A DNA stretch of 22,358 nt from Gemmatimonadaceae bacterium (GCA_044224875.1 JBGAJQ010000077.1:1-22358); one strand, 5' to 3'; positions 1 through 9,644 are shown, counted from the stretch's first letter. Notes: a model not told the origin generated them from the sequence alone. Made by a program: numbers and translations.

Positions 1-20
1 GCCGGCGAAAGCCGGCCCCG
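1..20 (-). terminator. GC hairpin downstream of the S8 peptidase, probably cut by the window edge
   Basis: GCCGGC-GAAA-GCCGGC at 1-16, followed by CCCG, about 25 bp past the peptidase stop. Any U-tract would lie outside the window. Confidence 0.35.
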
Positions 21-42
21 CAATTCGATCGCCACCGGTCCC

Positions 43-1431
43 CTAGAGGCACCCGCTGGCGGCGGCGAACACGTTCAAACGACCCCCTCCAAACAGCTTG
101 GGCGTGCCGATTTGATCGCTGGTGCGCTGGAGGCATAGCTTCACCCGCTCTGGCGACGGTGCCCCTCCCAGGACACTTTGCACGATGGCGGCGGCCGCAG
201 AGACCTGCGGAGCCGCCAGCGAGGTGCCTTTTGCCAGCACGTAGAAGTTCGTGCCGGCGCAAACGTGCGAGCTGCAGGCGCCCAGGATCTGATCGAATCC
301 GTTGGACGGATTCGGAAGGTCACCGCCTGGTGCCACAAGTGCCACGCCGGTTTCGCCTCCGAAGTTCGAATAGGACGCCAGCGCATCGTAGTTCCCTGAC
401 AAATTCGGCCCCGTTGCACCCACCGAAATCACGCGTTCAAGCTGCGCGGGAAGGGAGATCATCGTGTAGCCGTCAGTATCGAGGTTCACCCCCTGGTTCC
501 CAGCGGCAGCCACCACCACCGCGCCCTTGGCGTTCGCAAAATCGACGGCGCGCTGCAGCAGGTTCACAACTCCGCGACCGCCTTCTGTCCGACTGTCGAA
601 GTAGGCGCCGAAGCTCAGGTTGATGACGTTTGCTCCGCGGTCCGCGGCGTAGATGATTGAAGCCGCGACGTCGCCGTACGTGCCGACACCGTCCTCCGAG
701 AGCACCTTGCGAGTGCACAACCGCGCACCCGGCGCGACGGAGGCGTTACCGATTCCGTTCGACGCGATGAGCGACGAGATAAACGTTCCGTGAAAGTTGT
801 AGTCGATTGGCGTCGCGTCGCTGGCAAAACGCGGTACGGTAATGCCGTTCGTGTAGCACGGAACGTGTCCGCTCAGGTCCTGCTGAGCAGGGTCGATGCC
901 GGTGTCCAGGACCCAAACGGAGCGGCCAGCTCCGCCGTTGGTGTAGTTCCACGCGGCAGGGACGCTGGTTTTCGGCAGATTCCACTGCACCGAGTAGTAG
1001 TACGCGGAACTCTGATCGACACCGGTCACGCGCACGCGGCCCGGAGGTGTGGCAAGGGGCGCACCCTGCCGCACGGGGAGGACAAGCTTCGTTGTGGCGT
1101 CCCGGTAAATGGCGGCGACGTCAGCCCGCTTGGCCAGTGTTGCCACCTTTTTCGCATCGAGCCCCGCCACGGATACCATGCGCATTTGCGGTACGTCGGA
1201 CCGAACAGTTCCACCGAGAGCTGCAACGGCGGTCGTGATCCCCTGGGTGGACGTTCCACGCACGTCCACGAGGTACAGCCCCTGCACATCCTGTTGCACT
1301 TCGCCAAACGTCGGCGCCGAGGTCTGCGACGCAGGAGCTACTGGGCTGTCCGACGCACAAGCGGAAACAGCAACAGTGGCCAGCAACAGCAAGCCCTTCG
1401 TGGCTCGTTGTCTCAAACCAGAGGTGGGCAT
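43..1431 (-). CDS. S8 (subtilisin-like) serine peptidase, predicted lipoprotein with N-terminal propeptide
   Basis: Catalytic motifs VLDTG (Asp), FHGT (His), AAGN (oxyanion Asn) and GTSLAAP (Ser), plus NLSFG. Lipobox-like LLLLATVAVSAC. Start placed at ATG 1431 (GGAGG/AGAGGA upstream) rather than the ORF-track 1497. Confidence 0.92.
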   Translation of the reverse strand: MPTSGLRQRATKGLLLLATVAVSACASDSPVAPASQTSAPTFGEVQQDVQGLYLVDVRGTSTQGITTAVAALGGTVRSDVPQMRMVSVAGLDAKKVATLAKRADVAAIYRDATTKLVLPVRQGAPLATPPGRVRVTGVDQSSAYYYSVQWNLPKTSVPAAWNYTNGGAGRSVWVLDTGIDPAQQDLSGHVPCYTNGITVPRFASDATPIDYNFHGTFISSLIASNGIGNASVAPGARLCTRKVLSEDGVGTYGDVAASIIYAADRGANVINLSFGAYFDSRTEGGRGVVNLLQRAVDFANAKGAVVVAAAGNQGVNLDTDGYTMISLPAQLERVISVGATGPNLSGNYDALASYSNFGGETGVALVAPGGDLPNPSNGFDQILGACSSHVCAGTNFYVLAKGTSLAAPQVSAAAAIVQSVLGGAPSPERVKLCLQRTSDQIGTPKLFGGGRLNVFAAASGCL

Positions 1432-1596
1432 TCCTCTTCCTCCATTGTAGAAAGCGCTCATTGGGCCGGCGGGGAGTGGGGTCACTCTACGTGTCAATCA
1501 CCAATTCTAGCGCCTTCTCATCAGGATGGGGAACACCGAGCTGGACCGCTGTGTCCCGGCGCACCGAGTGACTCAGCGCCGCGTTACCTTATTTCC

Positions 1597-4464
1597 GTGT
1601 CCTCGGCGATCGTGGTTCGCGGTGCGCGACAGCACAATTTGAAGGACCTCTCGTTCGAGATTCCCCACCGGTCGATCACGGTTGTAACCGGTCCGTCGGG
1701 GTCTGGAAAGTCTTCGCTTGCGTTCGACACCGTGTATGCGGAGGGCCAGCGACGATACGTTGAGTCGTTGTCGGCCTATGCTCGGCAGTTCCTGGACCGA
1801 ATGGAAAAGCCGGACGTCGATTCAATAGATGGTATTGCGCCGGCAGTCGCGATCGAGCAGAAAAACCCGACGCGCACTTCGCGATCAACCGTTGGAACCG
1901 CTACCGAGGTCTACGATTACCTGCGCCTGCTGTACGCCCGCGTTGGACGGACCTCGTGTCCCCTCTGCGGACGGGACCTTGCCCCGGACACGCCCCAATC
2001 TGTAGCCGACGCCCTCGTTGCCATGTCCGGCGCTCAGCGCCTGGTCGTGACCTTTCCGTTGCGACTGTCAGCACGCGTGACGCATGCCGTGGTAGTGGAC
2101 AACCTTCGAGCCCAGGGGTTTCTGCGGCTCAGTGTCGATGGCGGAGCGACATTTCACCACCTCGATGACCTGGCCGGCACTGGGGCCGATGTGACCAAGG
2201 CGGCCGAGCTGCTGGTGGTGGTCGACCGACTCACGAGTGACGACGGGATGCGCGGGCGGCTGTCCGAGGCAGTGTCCACGGCCTTTCGAGAAGGCGATGG
2301 AGACTGCGTCGTGGTGCTCGCAGCGACCGATGAGTCGGCGCGTACGCGCGCCAAGCCTTCGCTCCTCCGTTACACCGATCGCTTCGAGTGTCCGAACGAC
2401 GGGACGCGACTGCCAGAGCCAACCCCGCAGTTGTTTTCCTTCAACAACCCTCGAGGTGCGTGCGAGCGGTGCAATGGGTTCGGCGCGGTTCTGGAGTACG
2501 ATGAATCGCTCCTGGTGCCAAATCCTGAGCGAACGCTTCGGGAAGGCGCAATCGACCCGTGGACCAAGCCGCGCTACGACGGTCGGCGCCGGACACTGGC
2601 CGACTACGCGCGTCGCGAGGGGATCCCGATGGACTCGCCCTGGCGCGATCTGACGACCGCCCAGCGCGAGGCACTGCTCCGTGGCCGCTCGCGGTCGTTC
2701 AAGGGGATCATTCCTTTTCTCACGGACCTCGAGGAGAAGAAATACAAGCAGTACATACGGGTTTTTCTCCGCCAGTATCAACTGGCCAGGGAGTGTCCCA
2801 CCTGTCACGGGTCGAAGCTAAAGCCGGAGGCGCTGAACGTGCGCGTGGCACACCGGACGATTGCCGACGTGGCCGCGTTGCCGTTGGACGAGGTGCTGAC
2901 ATGGATGCGCGACCTGTCGTTGTCGGAGCGCGATCGGGCGATCGCCGCACACATTCTCCGCGAGGCGCACGACCGGGTGCAGTTTCTGTGCGACGTGGGC
3001 CTTGGATACCTCTCGCTGCATCGGGCCACGCGCACGTTGTCCGGTGGCGAGGCACAGCGAATCACACTGGCCAATTCGTTAGGCTCGCGCCTGATGGACA
3101 CGTTGTACGTGCTGGATGAGCCCTCCATCGGGCTCCACCCCCGGGACATGTCGCGCTTGCTGGGACTGCTGGCACGATTACGCGACAGCGGAAACACGGT
3201 GTTGATGGTGGAGCACGACCTGGATGCGATCCGCATGGCCGACCAGATGCTCGAACTTGGGCCGGGCTCCGGAGAACTGGGTGGCCGCATCGTCTTTTCC
3301 GGTCCACTCCGTGACGCGAGCGCCAGCCCGTTGACCGGCCAGTACCTTACCGGGGCGCGGGCGATTCCGGTTCCCGGCCGACGGCGGCGTCCCGCCCACT
3401 GGTTGGAGCTGTCGGGGGCGCGCGAGCACAACCTGCAGGACGTCGACATCCGTATTCCGCTGGGTGCGCTGACGGTCGTGACGGGTGTCTCGGGTTCGGG
3501 GAAGAGCACGCTCGTGCACGACGTCCTGTACCGGGCCTTGGAAACCTCGCTCACGGGGGAACACACGGCCAAGCAGCACCTGGGCGAACGTGTGGGGGCG
3601 TATCGAGCGCTCACCGGGCAGGAGCGGGTTCACGGGGTGGTGTTGGTGGACCAGGAGCCCATCGGCCGCTCTCCGCGTTCGAATCCCGTCACGTACATCA
3701 AGGCGTACGATGAGATACGACGCATCTTTGCCGCGACGCCATTGGCTCGGCAGCGCCGATACACCGCGGGGACCTTCTCCTTTAATGTGCCAGGGGGACG
3801 GTGCGAGACCTGCGAGGGGGCGGGCTACCTGCAGGTCGAGATGGTCTTCATGGCCGACGTCTTCGTGCCGTGTGACATGTGCGCGGGCCGGCGCTTCAAG
3901 CCGGAGGTGCTCGAAGTCAAGGTTCGGGGCAAGTCGATCCATGACGTCCTGCAACTGAGCGTAGACGAGGCGATCCGGTTCTTCCCGACGGAGGACAAGC
4001 TTGGCCAGGCCCTCTGGCAGCTGCAACAAGTGGGACTCGGCTACCTGCGCCTGGGCCAGCCGGCCACTACGCTCTCCGGGGGCGAGGCGCAACGCGTGAA
4101 GATCGCCCGCGAACTAAGCCAGGCTGCCCGGAGCGACGTGCGCAAGTTCTACCTGATGGATGAACCCACCACCGGCTTGCACATCGACGACGTTCGAAAA
4201 CTGGCGGCGGTGCTCGACCGGCTGGTGGAGGCAGGACACACCGTGCTCCTGATCGAGCACAACCTCGACGTCATCAAGCTCGCCGACTGGGTGATCGACC
4301 TGGGTCCCGAGGCTGGAGCCAATGGCGGCCAGGTGGTGGCCATGGGGACGCCCGAACAGGTCGCTGCGACGCCAGGCTCTCACACGGGAACGTGGCTGCG
4401 AACGGTCGACATCGAGCCGGCACCGACCCGTACACCACGACGGAACGCGGCGCTGGCTCGTTAG
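1597..4464 (+). CDS. uvrA: Excinuclease ABC subunit UvrA (about 955 aa)
   Basis: GARQHNLK, Walker [10 protein letters not shown] and [29 protein letters not shown], two LSGGEAQR signatures, LDEP/MDEP Walker B and CxxC zinc modules. GTG start at 1597 sits just before the conserved N-terminus. Confidence 0.96.
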   Translation: MSSAIVVRGARQHNLKDLSFEIPHRSITVVTGPSGSGKSSLAFDTVYAEGQRRYVESLSAYARQFLDRMEKPDVDSIDGIAPAVAIEQKNPTRTSRSTVGTATEVYDYLRLLYARVGRTSCPLCGRDLAPDTPQSVADALVAMSGAQRLVVTFPLRLSARVTHAVVVDNLRAQGFLRLSVDGGATFHHLDDLAGTGADVTKAAELLVVVDRLTSDDGMRGRLSEAVSTAFREGDGDCVVVLAATDESARTRAKPSLLRYTDRFECPNDGTRLPEPTPQLFSFNNPRGACERCNGFGAVLEYDESLLVPNPERTLREGAIDPWTKPRYDGRRRTLADYARREGIPMDSPWRDLTTAQREALLRGRSRSFKGIIPFLTDLEEKKYKQYIRVFLRQYQLARECPTCHGSKLKPEALNVRVAHRTIADVAALPLDEVLTWMRDLSLSERDRAIAAHILREAHDRVQFLCDVGLGYLSLHRATRTLSGGEAQRITLANSLGSRLMDTLYVLDEPSIGLHPRDMSRLLGLLARLRDSGNTVLMVEHDLDAIRMADQMLELGPGSGELGGRIVFSGPLRDASASPLTGQYLTGARAIPVPGRRRRPAHWLELSGAREHNLQDVDIRIPLGALTVVTGVSGSGKSTLVHDVLYRALETSLTGEHTAKQHLGERVGAYRALTGQERVHGVVLVDQEPIGRSPRSNPVTYIKAYDEIRRIFAATPLARQRRYTAGTFSFNVPGGRCETCEGAGYLQVEMVFMADVFVPCDMCAGRRFKPEVLEVKVRGKSIHDVLQLSVDEAIRFFPTEDKLGQALWQLQQVGLGYLRLGQPATTLSGGEAQRVKIARELSQAARSDVRKFYLMDEPTTGLHIDDVRKLAAVLDRLVEAGHTVLLIEHNLDVIKLADWVIDLGPEAGANGGQVVAMGTPEQVAATPGSHTGTWLRTVDIEPAPTRTPRRNAALAR

Positions 4465-5267
4465 GCGCGTCCGGCGCGCCGGCGCGCTTCCTGTATCGCG
4501 CGAACCGTTCGCAGCAGGTACCCTCGTGGCATCAGGCGGCTGGCGAGCACCACCAGGCGATTGCGCAGCCCTGTCACGATCACGCGTTGGCCGCGCATCA
4601 TGGCGTCGAACGACTCCTTCGCCACGTCAGCTGACCGCATGGGCGGTGCGCCGCTGGTCGGCGCGTGCGGGGCGATGCCCGCCGCACGGGTAAATTCCGT
4701 CACGGTGGGCCCGGGGCACGACGCCGTAACGGTGACCCCCGTTCCCTCGCATTCGTTGGAGAGGGCCTCCGACAGCGACAACACGTACGCCTTGGACGCA
4801 TAGTAGACGGCCATGAGGGGGCCGGGCTGAAACGACGCCACGCTTGCCACATTCAGGATGCGCCCGCGCTTTTGCGCCAACATCCATGGCAGCACGCCCT
4901 TGCACAGGTGGGTCAGGGCGCGGCAGTTGACGTCGATCATCTCCAGATCTCGGGCCAGCGGCACCTCATGGAAGAACCCATGGCTGCCGAATCCCGCATT
5001 GTTGACGAGAATCGCGACCCGGGCCTGATCGGGAGCAAGGAGGTCGATGACCCGGTCGCACTCCTCGGCATGGGCGAGGTCCGCCGCAACGGGCCGGGAT
5101 TGCACGCCGTAGACCGCCGAGAGCTTTGTCGCCAGCTCCGACAGCCGGTCCGCGCGACGCGCCACGAGCACGAGGTCATAGCCGGCCTTTGCCAGGTGTT
5201 CGGCGAGATCGGCACCAATCCCCGATGACGCCCCCGTGACCACTGCCAAGGCACGAGCGGGGCTCAC
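4461..5267 (-). CDS. Classical short-chain dehydrogenase/reductase (SDR, DltE-like)
   Basis: TGASSGIG Rossmann motif, LVARR (NADP-type), NNAG, catalytic Ser and YYASK, CPGP. Confidence 0.93.
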   Translation of the reverse strand: MSPARALAVVTGASSGIGADLAEHLAKAGYDLVLVARRADRLSELATKLSAVYGVQSRPVAADLAHAEECDRVIDLLAPDQARVAILVNNAGFGSHGFFHEVPLARDLEMIDVNCRALTHLCKGVLPWMLAQKRGRILNVASVASFQPGPLMAVYYASKAYVLSLSEALSNECEGTGVTVTASCPGPTVTEFTRAAGIAPHAPTSGAPPMRSADVAKESFDAMMRGQRVIVTGLRNRLVVLASRLMPRGYLLRTVRAIQEARRRAGRA

Positions 5268-6781
5268 GGAGTGACCACCACGCCTCGTGTCGCCTCGGCG
5301 ACCGCCTTGCGCGTCGCCCGGTCCACGATGGAGAGGTCCAATCGCGTCTGGTACGTGAACCCGGGCACGGAGCTTCCGCCACGATCGGCGTTGCGCCCGA
5401 CGAGGAAGACGTTGCCGGACACCTGCGCCCCGGGCAGAGCACCGAGTGCCGGGGCGCCGACCCCGCGATCGTCTGCCGCCATGCCGTACTGTCCGTACGA
5501 CATGATGTTGTTCTTCATGACGACGCGCAGTCCACTACGGTCCTTCTGCAGCGAGATGGCGCGCTGGATTGGCCCGGTGGTCACCATGACGTTGCGTTCG
5601 AGGACGACGTCCTCCACTTCGCCCATCAGTTGCAGCAACCGTCCTTCCCCGGTATAGCCCTTCACGTTGAGGTCCTCGAAGAGGTTGTCGCGAATGACCA
5701 GACGCGTCATGACGGAGTCCACATCGTAGGGATGGTCCGTCTGGTGCCCCGCCAGGTTCATCCCTCCCGCGGCATTGCGCACCAGGTTGCGCTGGATGGT
5801 CACGTCCTTGGTGCGGCACCACGGGCACTTGCCGGACTGGTTCATGCTCTTGAGCACCAGGGCGTAGCCCGTCTGCCCGTCCAGCCAGGATCCCTCGATG
5901 ACGTTCCCTTCCACCAGCACGCGCCATGCGCTCTTCAGCTCAAACACGTTCTTCTTTGTCCAGCGCCCCTTCCAGGACAACGGCGTAAAGAAGTGGTTGC
6001 GAACGATCGTGATGTCCGCGGGAATCAGTCCTGGGATCGACGGGTCGGCGCCGCCGAACATGACGTTCTCACCAGCCCCGGCGAGCGCGTTGTTCTCGAT
6101 GCGATAGGGCCCAGGTCCATTCCAACCCAGGATCGCTTGTGAGTCGGCACCCTTCTCGTGACAGTCGTCGATCCAGGAATTCACGATGGCCGTCGACGCA
6201 GAATTCAGCGCGATGCAGCGTCGCACGGTCTGCGTCGGCGTGCCGTGCACGAACATCCGGTCGAGAATGATCTTTCGCGGGACCACATCCAGCGTCACCT
6301 GTGGCCGGTTTGGCTCGCCCAAGGTGATGATGGCGTAGCTCAACACATTCGTGGTGACGTCGAGCCCAATCAGGCGCCATCCGGCCGCGGAAGGCGCCGT
6401 GCGGATTGCCGCATTGTTACTCGTCTGGATGACGCGGGCGAGCGCTGGTGCAGCCGACGGTCGCACACGCACTCCCGGCAGCGCAAACGCCGAGTCCGGG
6501 GACGCCGTTCGCACGACGACCCACCCCGTGTCCCTCCGCTGCGGCAGCACAAACGCCTCGTACGTTGCCCCCGGCACCAGACAGATCACGTCGCCGTCCT
6601 GGGCGCGACGGAGCGCCTGCTGCAAGTTGCCGTCGGGTGGAACCGTTCGCGTGCAGGCCCCTGTGGCCGCGGGAACCGGGACTGAATCGCGAGGAAGGGC
6701 CGCCACGCTTTGCGGGGCGAGCGTGCCAATCGGTGCGGCGACGAACGCCGCGACCGCGGCGGAACGAATGGTTGGTCGCAT
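5264..6781 (-). CDS. Secreted right-handed parallel beta-helix (pectin-lyase-like fold) protein, function unknown
   Basis: Signal-peptide-like N-terminus, N-terminal cap LQQALRRAQDGDVICLVPG, and repeated stacking motifs (YRIENN, ITIVRN, VLVEGN, VTIQRN, LVIRDN, VVLERN). Start at ATG 6781 is a best guess because 6826 overlaps the tRNA promoter. Confidence 0.75.
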   Translation of the reverse strand: MRPTIRSAAVAAFVAAPIGTLAPQSVAALPRDSVPVPAATGACTRTVPPDGNLQQALRRAQDGDVICLVPGATYEAFVLPQRRDTGWVVVRTASPDSAFALPGVRVRPSAAPALARVIQTSNNAAIRTAPSAAGWRLIGLDVTTNVLSYAIITLGEPNRPQVTLDVVPRKIILDRMFVHGTPTQTVRRCIALNSASTAIVNSWIDDCHEKGADSQAILGWNGPGPYRIENNALAGAGENVMFGGADPSIPGLIPADITIVRNHFFTPLSWKGRWTKKNVFELKSAWRVLVEGNVIEGSWLDGQTGYALVLKSMNQSGKCPWCRTKDVTIQRNLVRNAAGGMNLAGHQTDHPYDVDSVMTRLVIRDNLFEDLNVKGYTGEGRLLQLMGEVEDVVLERNVMVTTGPIQRAISLQKDRSGLRVVMKNNIMSYGQYGMAADDRGVGAPALGALPGAQVSGNVFLVGRNADRGGSSVPGFTYQTRLDLSIVDRATRKAVAEATRGVVVTP

Positions 6782-6814
6782 GCCGGATAATACCCAGCAA
6801 GTGACGTGCGCGCC

Positions 6815-6844
6815 TTGACCCGTCACGCCGACGACGCCTAGTTT
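6815..6844 (+). promoter_or_regulatory. sigma70-like promoter for tRNA-Asn
   Basis: TTGACC (6815-6820), 18 bp spacer, TAGTTT (6839-6844), then a GC-rich discriminator 10 bp before the tRNA. Confidence 0.55.
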
Positions 6845-6854
6845 TCGCGTCCCT

Positions 6855-6927
6855 TCCCGAGTAGCTCAGTTGGTAGAGCAGGTGACTGTTAATCACCGGG
6901 TCGGCGGTTCGAGTCCGTCCTCGGGAG
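6855..6927 (+). tRNA. tRNA-Asn (anticodon GTT); CCA not encoded
   Basis: Acceptor TCCCGAG/CTCGGGA plus discriminator G, D arm GCTC-AGTTGGTA-GAGC, anticodon arm GGTGA-CT[GTT]AA-TCACC (6888-6890), T loop TTCGAGT. Followed by CTA rather than CCA. Confidence 0.97.
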
Positions 6928-6947
6928 CTATTGATAGAAAACGACTT

Positions 6948-6981
6948 AGCCCGCCGCATGAAGCGGCGGGCTTTCGTTTTT
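6948..6981 (+). terminator. Intrinsic terminator after tRNA-Asn
   Basis: AGCCCGCCGC-ATGAA-GCGGCGGGCT 10-bp perfect stem followed by TTCGTTTTT. Confidence 0.85.
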
Positions 6982-7032
6982 CACACTCGTCGCTCCGCCG
7001 AATTCCCCGGCCGACCTGGGCGTTCGCTGAGG

Positions 7033-7467
7033 CTACTTGGGCCGAACGACTAGCGTCACACGGTAGTCGCCGGGTCCGACCTGATCCTGCTGCCGACGTA
7101 TGGGAGCCAGTCCCACGACTTCAATCGTATCGTCGCCATCTGTCACGCTTCGCGGGTCTCGGACGACCCGTGCCAGACGCGCCGTCGGCATGCGTTTGCC
7201 TCGGAACGTCGTGAGGTGAATGTCTGCATCGCCAGACCAAATGCACATCACGCCCAATGGGCAGCGACTGTCTCCGGAAACCGAGTCGAAGCGCACGGCC
7301 AAGTCACTCCCCGCAAGCACCGCGGTTTGCCCAGGCGCCAGCTGAAATTCCTGGCTGGGCTGAACTGGAACCGTCGCCGTATCGGGTGAACTGCTGATCA
7401 CCCCGCACGCGCTCACCGCGAGGGCGCCAAGCATCAGCCCAGCACGAACTGACCAGAAATGCTGCAT
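7033..7467 (-). CDS. Hypothetical lipoprotein with DSRCP-x3-x-C-x-W-x-G motif
   Basis: Lipobox ALAVSAC. DSRCPLGVMCIWSG resembles a motif I recognise from small uncharacterised secreted proteins. SD-like GGAGAGG upstream of the ATG. Confidence 0.8.
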   Translation of the reverse strand: MQHFWSVRAGLMLGALAVSACGVISSSPDTATVPVQPSQEFQLAPGQTAVLAGSDLAVRFDSVSGDSRCPLGVMCIWSGDADIHLTTFRGKRMPTARLARVVRDPRSVTDGDDTIEVVGLAPIRRQQDQVGPGDYRVTLVVRPK

Positions 7468-7896
7468 ATCCTCTCCGTTGGCTACTGGTACAGACTCGAC
7501 ACGCGGACGCGCTGGCGACCCTGTATGTCCGTCGGCTGTCGTCGGAATGTTGGCACGAGGCGTGGACTGGGCAACCCGTGCATTCGGCAGTGCGGCGTAC
7601 GACGGCCGTGCGGGGCAACGACCGCGGTACCTGGAGATTGGGCCTAGGCGCAGGAAGCGGATGCGTGTGGCTTCACTCGCGGCCTGGGGGCGCGCCTAAC
7701 GAGCGACGTCGTGGTGATACGCGTCACGTGCAGACCCCCGGCCATGTCAGGGGTTCCCGGAAATTTGCGACGGCATGCGAAGTTTCATCGTGCGTTCACG
7801 ACCACGGGCTAACGTGCGGCATCAACAACGCCCCACCATTGCAGCTGGCGGGCGCGTCCCCCAACTAACACCGTGGTCTTTTCGAGGATTTGCCCC

Positions 7897-8397
7897 ATGC
7901 AGAGATTGCGACGGGCGGTTGTGGCCGCCGGTTCCCTTGCGGCACTCGCCGCCTGCAGTACGACTCCGGATGCAGCACCGTCTATCACCGCACCGGATGG
8001 TGCCCGGTCGGCCGACGCCAGCACCGCCGCCGCCATCCGATTCGACTGCGTGCAAACCAACATGACGCGCTACTACGCCATGTACCATGCGCGCGGCGTG
8101 CTCGTCGGTAATGCGCCGCGGAACACACGCGTCTATCGCCCGTACGTTGGCGACACCTTGTCGACTCGGCCAACGGCCGCCCCCGTCAGCTCAACGAAGT
8201 ATCCAGCCGCATTGCCGGGCTACAACACCTGGAACGTGACGGGTGGGCCGGCCAAGACAAGCGGCGATTTGTTCTTCTTGCTGTTTCCCCAAGCGCTCCC
8301 GGGGCCAGGTGGCGTCTTCCCCGCGGAGCTGCACGTGTGGTACAACGGTGGTCAGTGGGGCTGGGCACAGTCAATCGAGATGTGCACCGTATCGTAG
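7897..8397 (+). CDS. Hypothetical lipoprotein
   Basis: MQRLRRAVVAAGSLAALAAC lipoprotein signal, GAGGA about 8 nt upstream of ATG 7897, Ala/Pro/Thr linker, then an aromatic-rich domain with two further Cys. Confidence 0.72.
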   Translation: MQRLRRAVVAAGSLAALAACSTTPDAAPSITAPDGARSADASTAAAIRFDCVQTNMTRYYAMYHARGVLVGNAPRNTRVYRPYVGDTLSTRPTAAPVSSTKYPAALPGYNTWNVTGGPAKTSGDLFFLLFPQALPGPGGVFPAELHVWYNGGQWGWAQSIEMCTVS

Positions 8398-8699
8398 TGG
8401 ACCGCAGTCCACCCGAAGTACAATCGTTAGGTCCTGTCTCGCCGGCCGAGGGCTTCGAACACCACCCCCAACTCGTTCCGCGCTCGGTCGGCAGGCAGGA
8501 CTCCCCACCGGCCAACTAATAGGCCGCTAGACGCTAGGTAGGAAGTCGACACCGCTCTTCGTGTGCACCGAGCGGTGTCGCTAGCATCGCACTCCACGCG
8601 GTCGTCGCGGCGGGCTCCCACGTCGCCGCCGCGAGCATTGCGTGCGTTGGCCGCCCTGCGGCCGTCGCCGCGGGCGCGCCGCTGACTGCGGCGCACCCG
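8397..8699. repeat. Cluster of inverted repeats in a convergent intergenic region
   Basis: Stems at 8397-8412, 8431-8501, 8509-8526, 8547-8580, 8605-8634, 8649-8663 and 8671-8699. Confidence 0.6.
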
Positions 8700-8719
8700 T
8701 CATTCACAAGCCTCCGTCG

Positions 8720-9622
8720 CTAATCCCCCGCAGGAGCCGGAACCGGCGTGCCTCGCTCGACCATTGCCGAGCGGAGCATCACGGCGGATGTGTACACCAC
8801 CACGGCGACTACCAACCAACGAACCGTCGTTAGGGGGAGTGACTTCACGATGAATGCGGCGATCAGTACTGCTGGAATACCGCCGATCGCCAGGCCCAGC
8901 GCGGGTGACAGCGAGTACTTCCCTGTGCTGATGAACTTCGAACTGCCGATCGGCATCAGGAATGCACAGGAGCCCATCATGATCGGGAACGCCGCCGTCG
9001 GATCCATGCCCAGCAACGAGATGAGGATCATACACGGCGCGTAGAGTCCGATGCCGAGCGACATCAGCGCGCCGAGCACAAAGTTCCCGGCCAGCCCGAT
9101 AGCCAAGCGGCCACCAGAAAGCGCCAGATCGGTTCCGCCTGGAGGCCCAATGTTCAGGTTCTTCATCGCGAACAGGGCCGCTGCCGCCGCCAGTGCGGCC
9201 CCCATGCCAATCTGGATGTTGCGCCGCGGCCATCCGGACACGATCCCGGCACCGATCTGAGCGCCAAGCACCGCCGCCGCGATCATCAGCACCAACGTCA
9301 TGAAATCGACCTTCACGAGCAACGTGAAGATGAACGCCTGAGTGATCGTCGGCAGCGTGTGTCCCACGTTCAATGTGCCGGGGATGCGCTCATCCGGCAC
9401 CATTTTCGTGAACTTGAACACCGACGTCGTTGGAGCGAACGAACCAATCCCCAGCGTGTCGAAGAAATTTGTCACGAACCCCAACACCACCTGCATGAAC
9501 GACGGTGGCCGCTTGGTCTCTCCTGACGGCACATGACCGGCGCGAACCGCGCTGTACCATCGCCAGATGTAGAAGAGGGTGAAGAGGGCCAACGCCACCA
9601 ACAGGATGACTCGAGCATTCAT
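8720..9622 (-). CDS. TauE/SafE (TSUP) family membrane transporter
   Basis: About 9 hydrophobic helices with a two-fold internal repeat (DTLGIGSFAP... / MSLGIGLYAP...), typical of TSUP permeases. Confidence 0.82.
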   Translation of the reverse strand: MNARVILLVALALFTLFYIWRWYSAVRAGHVPSGETKRPPSFMQVVLGFVTNFFDTLGIGSFAPTTSVFKFTKMVPDERIPGTLNVGHTLPTITQAFIFTLLVKVDFMTLVLMIAAAVLGAQIGAGIVSGWPRRNIQIGMGAALAAAAALFAMKNLNIGPPGGTDLALSGGRLAIGLAGNFVLGALMSLGIGLYAPCMILISLLGMDPTAAFPIMMGSCAFLMPIGSSKFISTGKYSLSPALGLAIGGIPAVLIAAFIVKSLPLTTVRWLVVAVVVYTSAVMLRSAMVERGTPVPAPAGD

Positions 9623-9644
9623 GCGTCAGGCTCCGCGCTATGCG

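Noticed and set aside
1475..1497. Perfect TTGACA on the minus strand upstream of the peptidase
   Set aside because: No -10 hexamer at 16-18 bp. A TAGAAT at 1509-1504 lies upstream of it with a poor -35, so no promoter was called.
790..1596. 269-aa N-terminal extension of the UvrA ORF (1224 aa in the track)
   Set aside because: Largely antisense to the S8 peptidase and low-complexity Arg-rich. UvrA homology begins at about 1597.
6928..6930. tRNA ends in CTA instead of CCA
   Set aside because: Non-encoded CCA is common in bacteria and the tRNA is otherwise canonical, so it is not a pseudogene.
8440..8470. tRNA-like GTTCGAA on the minus strand
   Set aside because: The flanks do not form a T stem and no cloverleaf can be built.
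8397..8699. CRISPR array
   Set aside because: The hairpins differ in sequence, there are no direct repeats with spacers, and no cas genes.
6900..8720. Integrative element at tRNA-Asn
   Set aside because: No integrase or transposase and no direct repeat of the tRNA 3' end found in the window.
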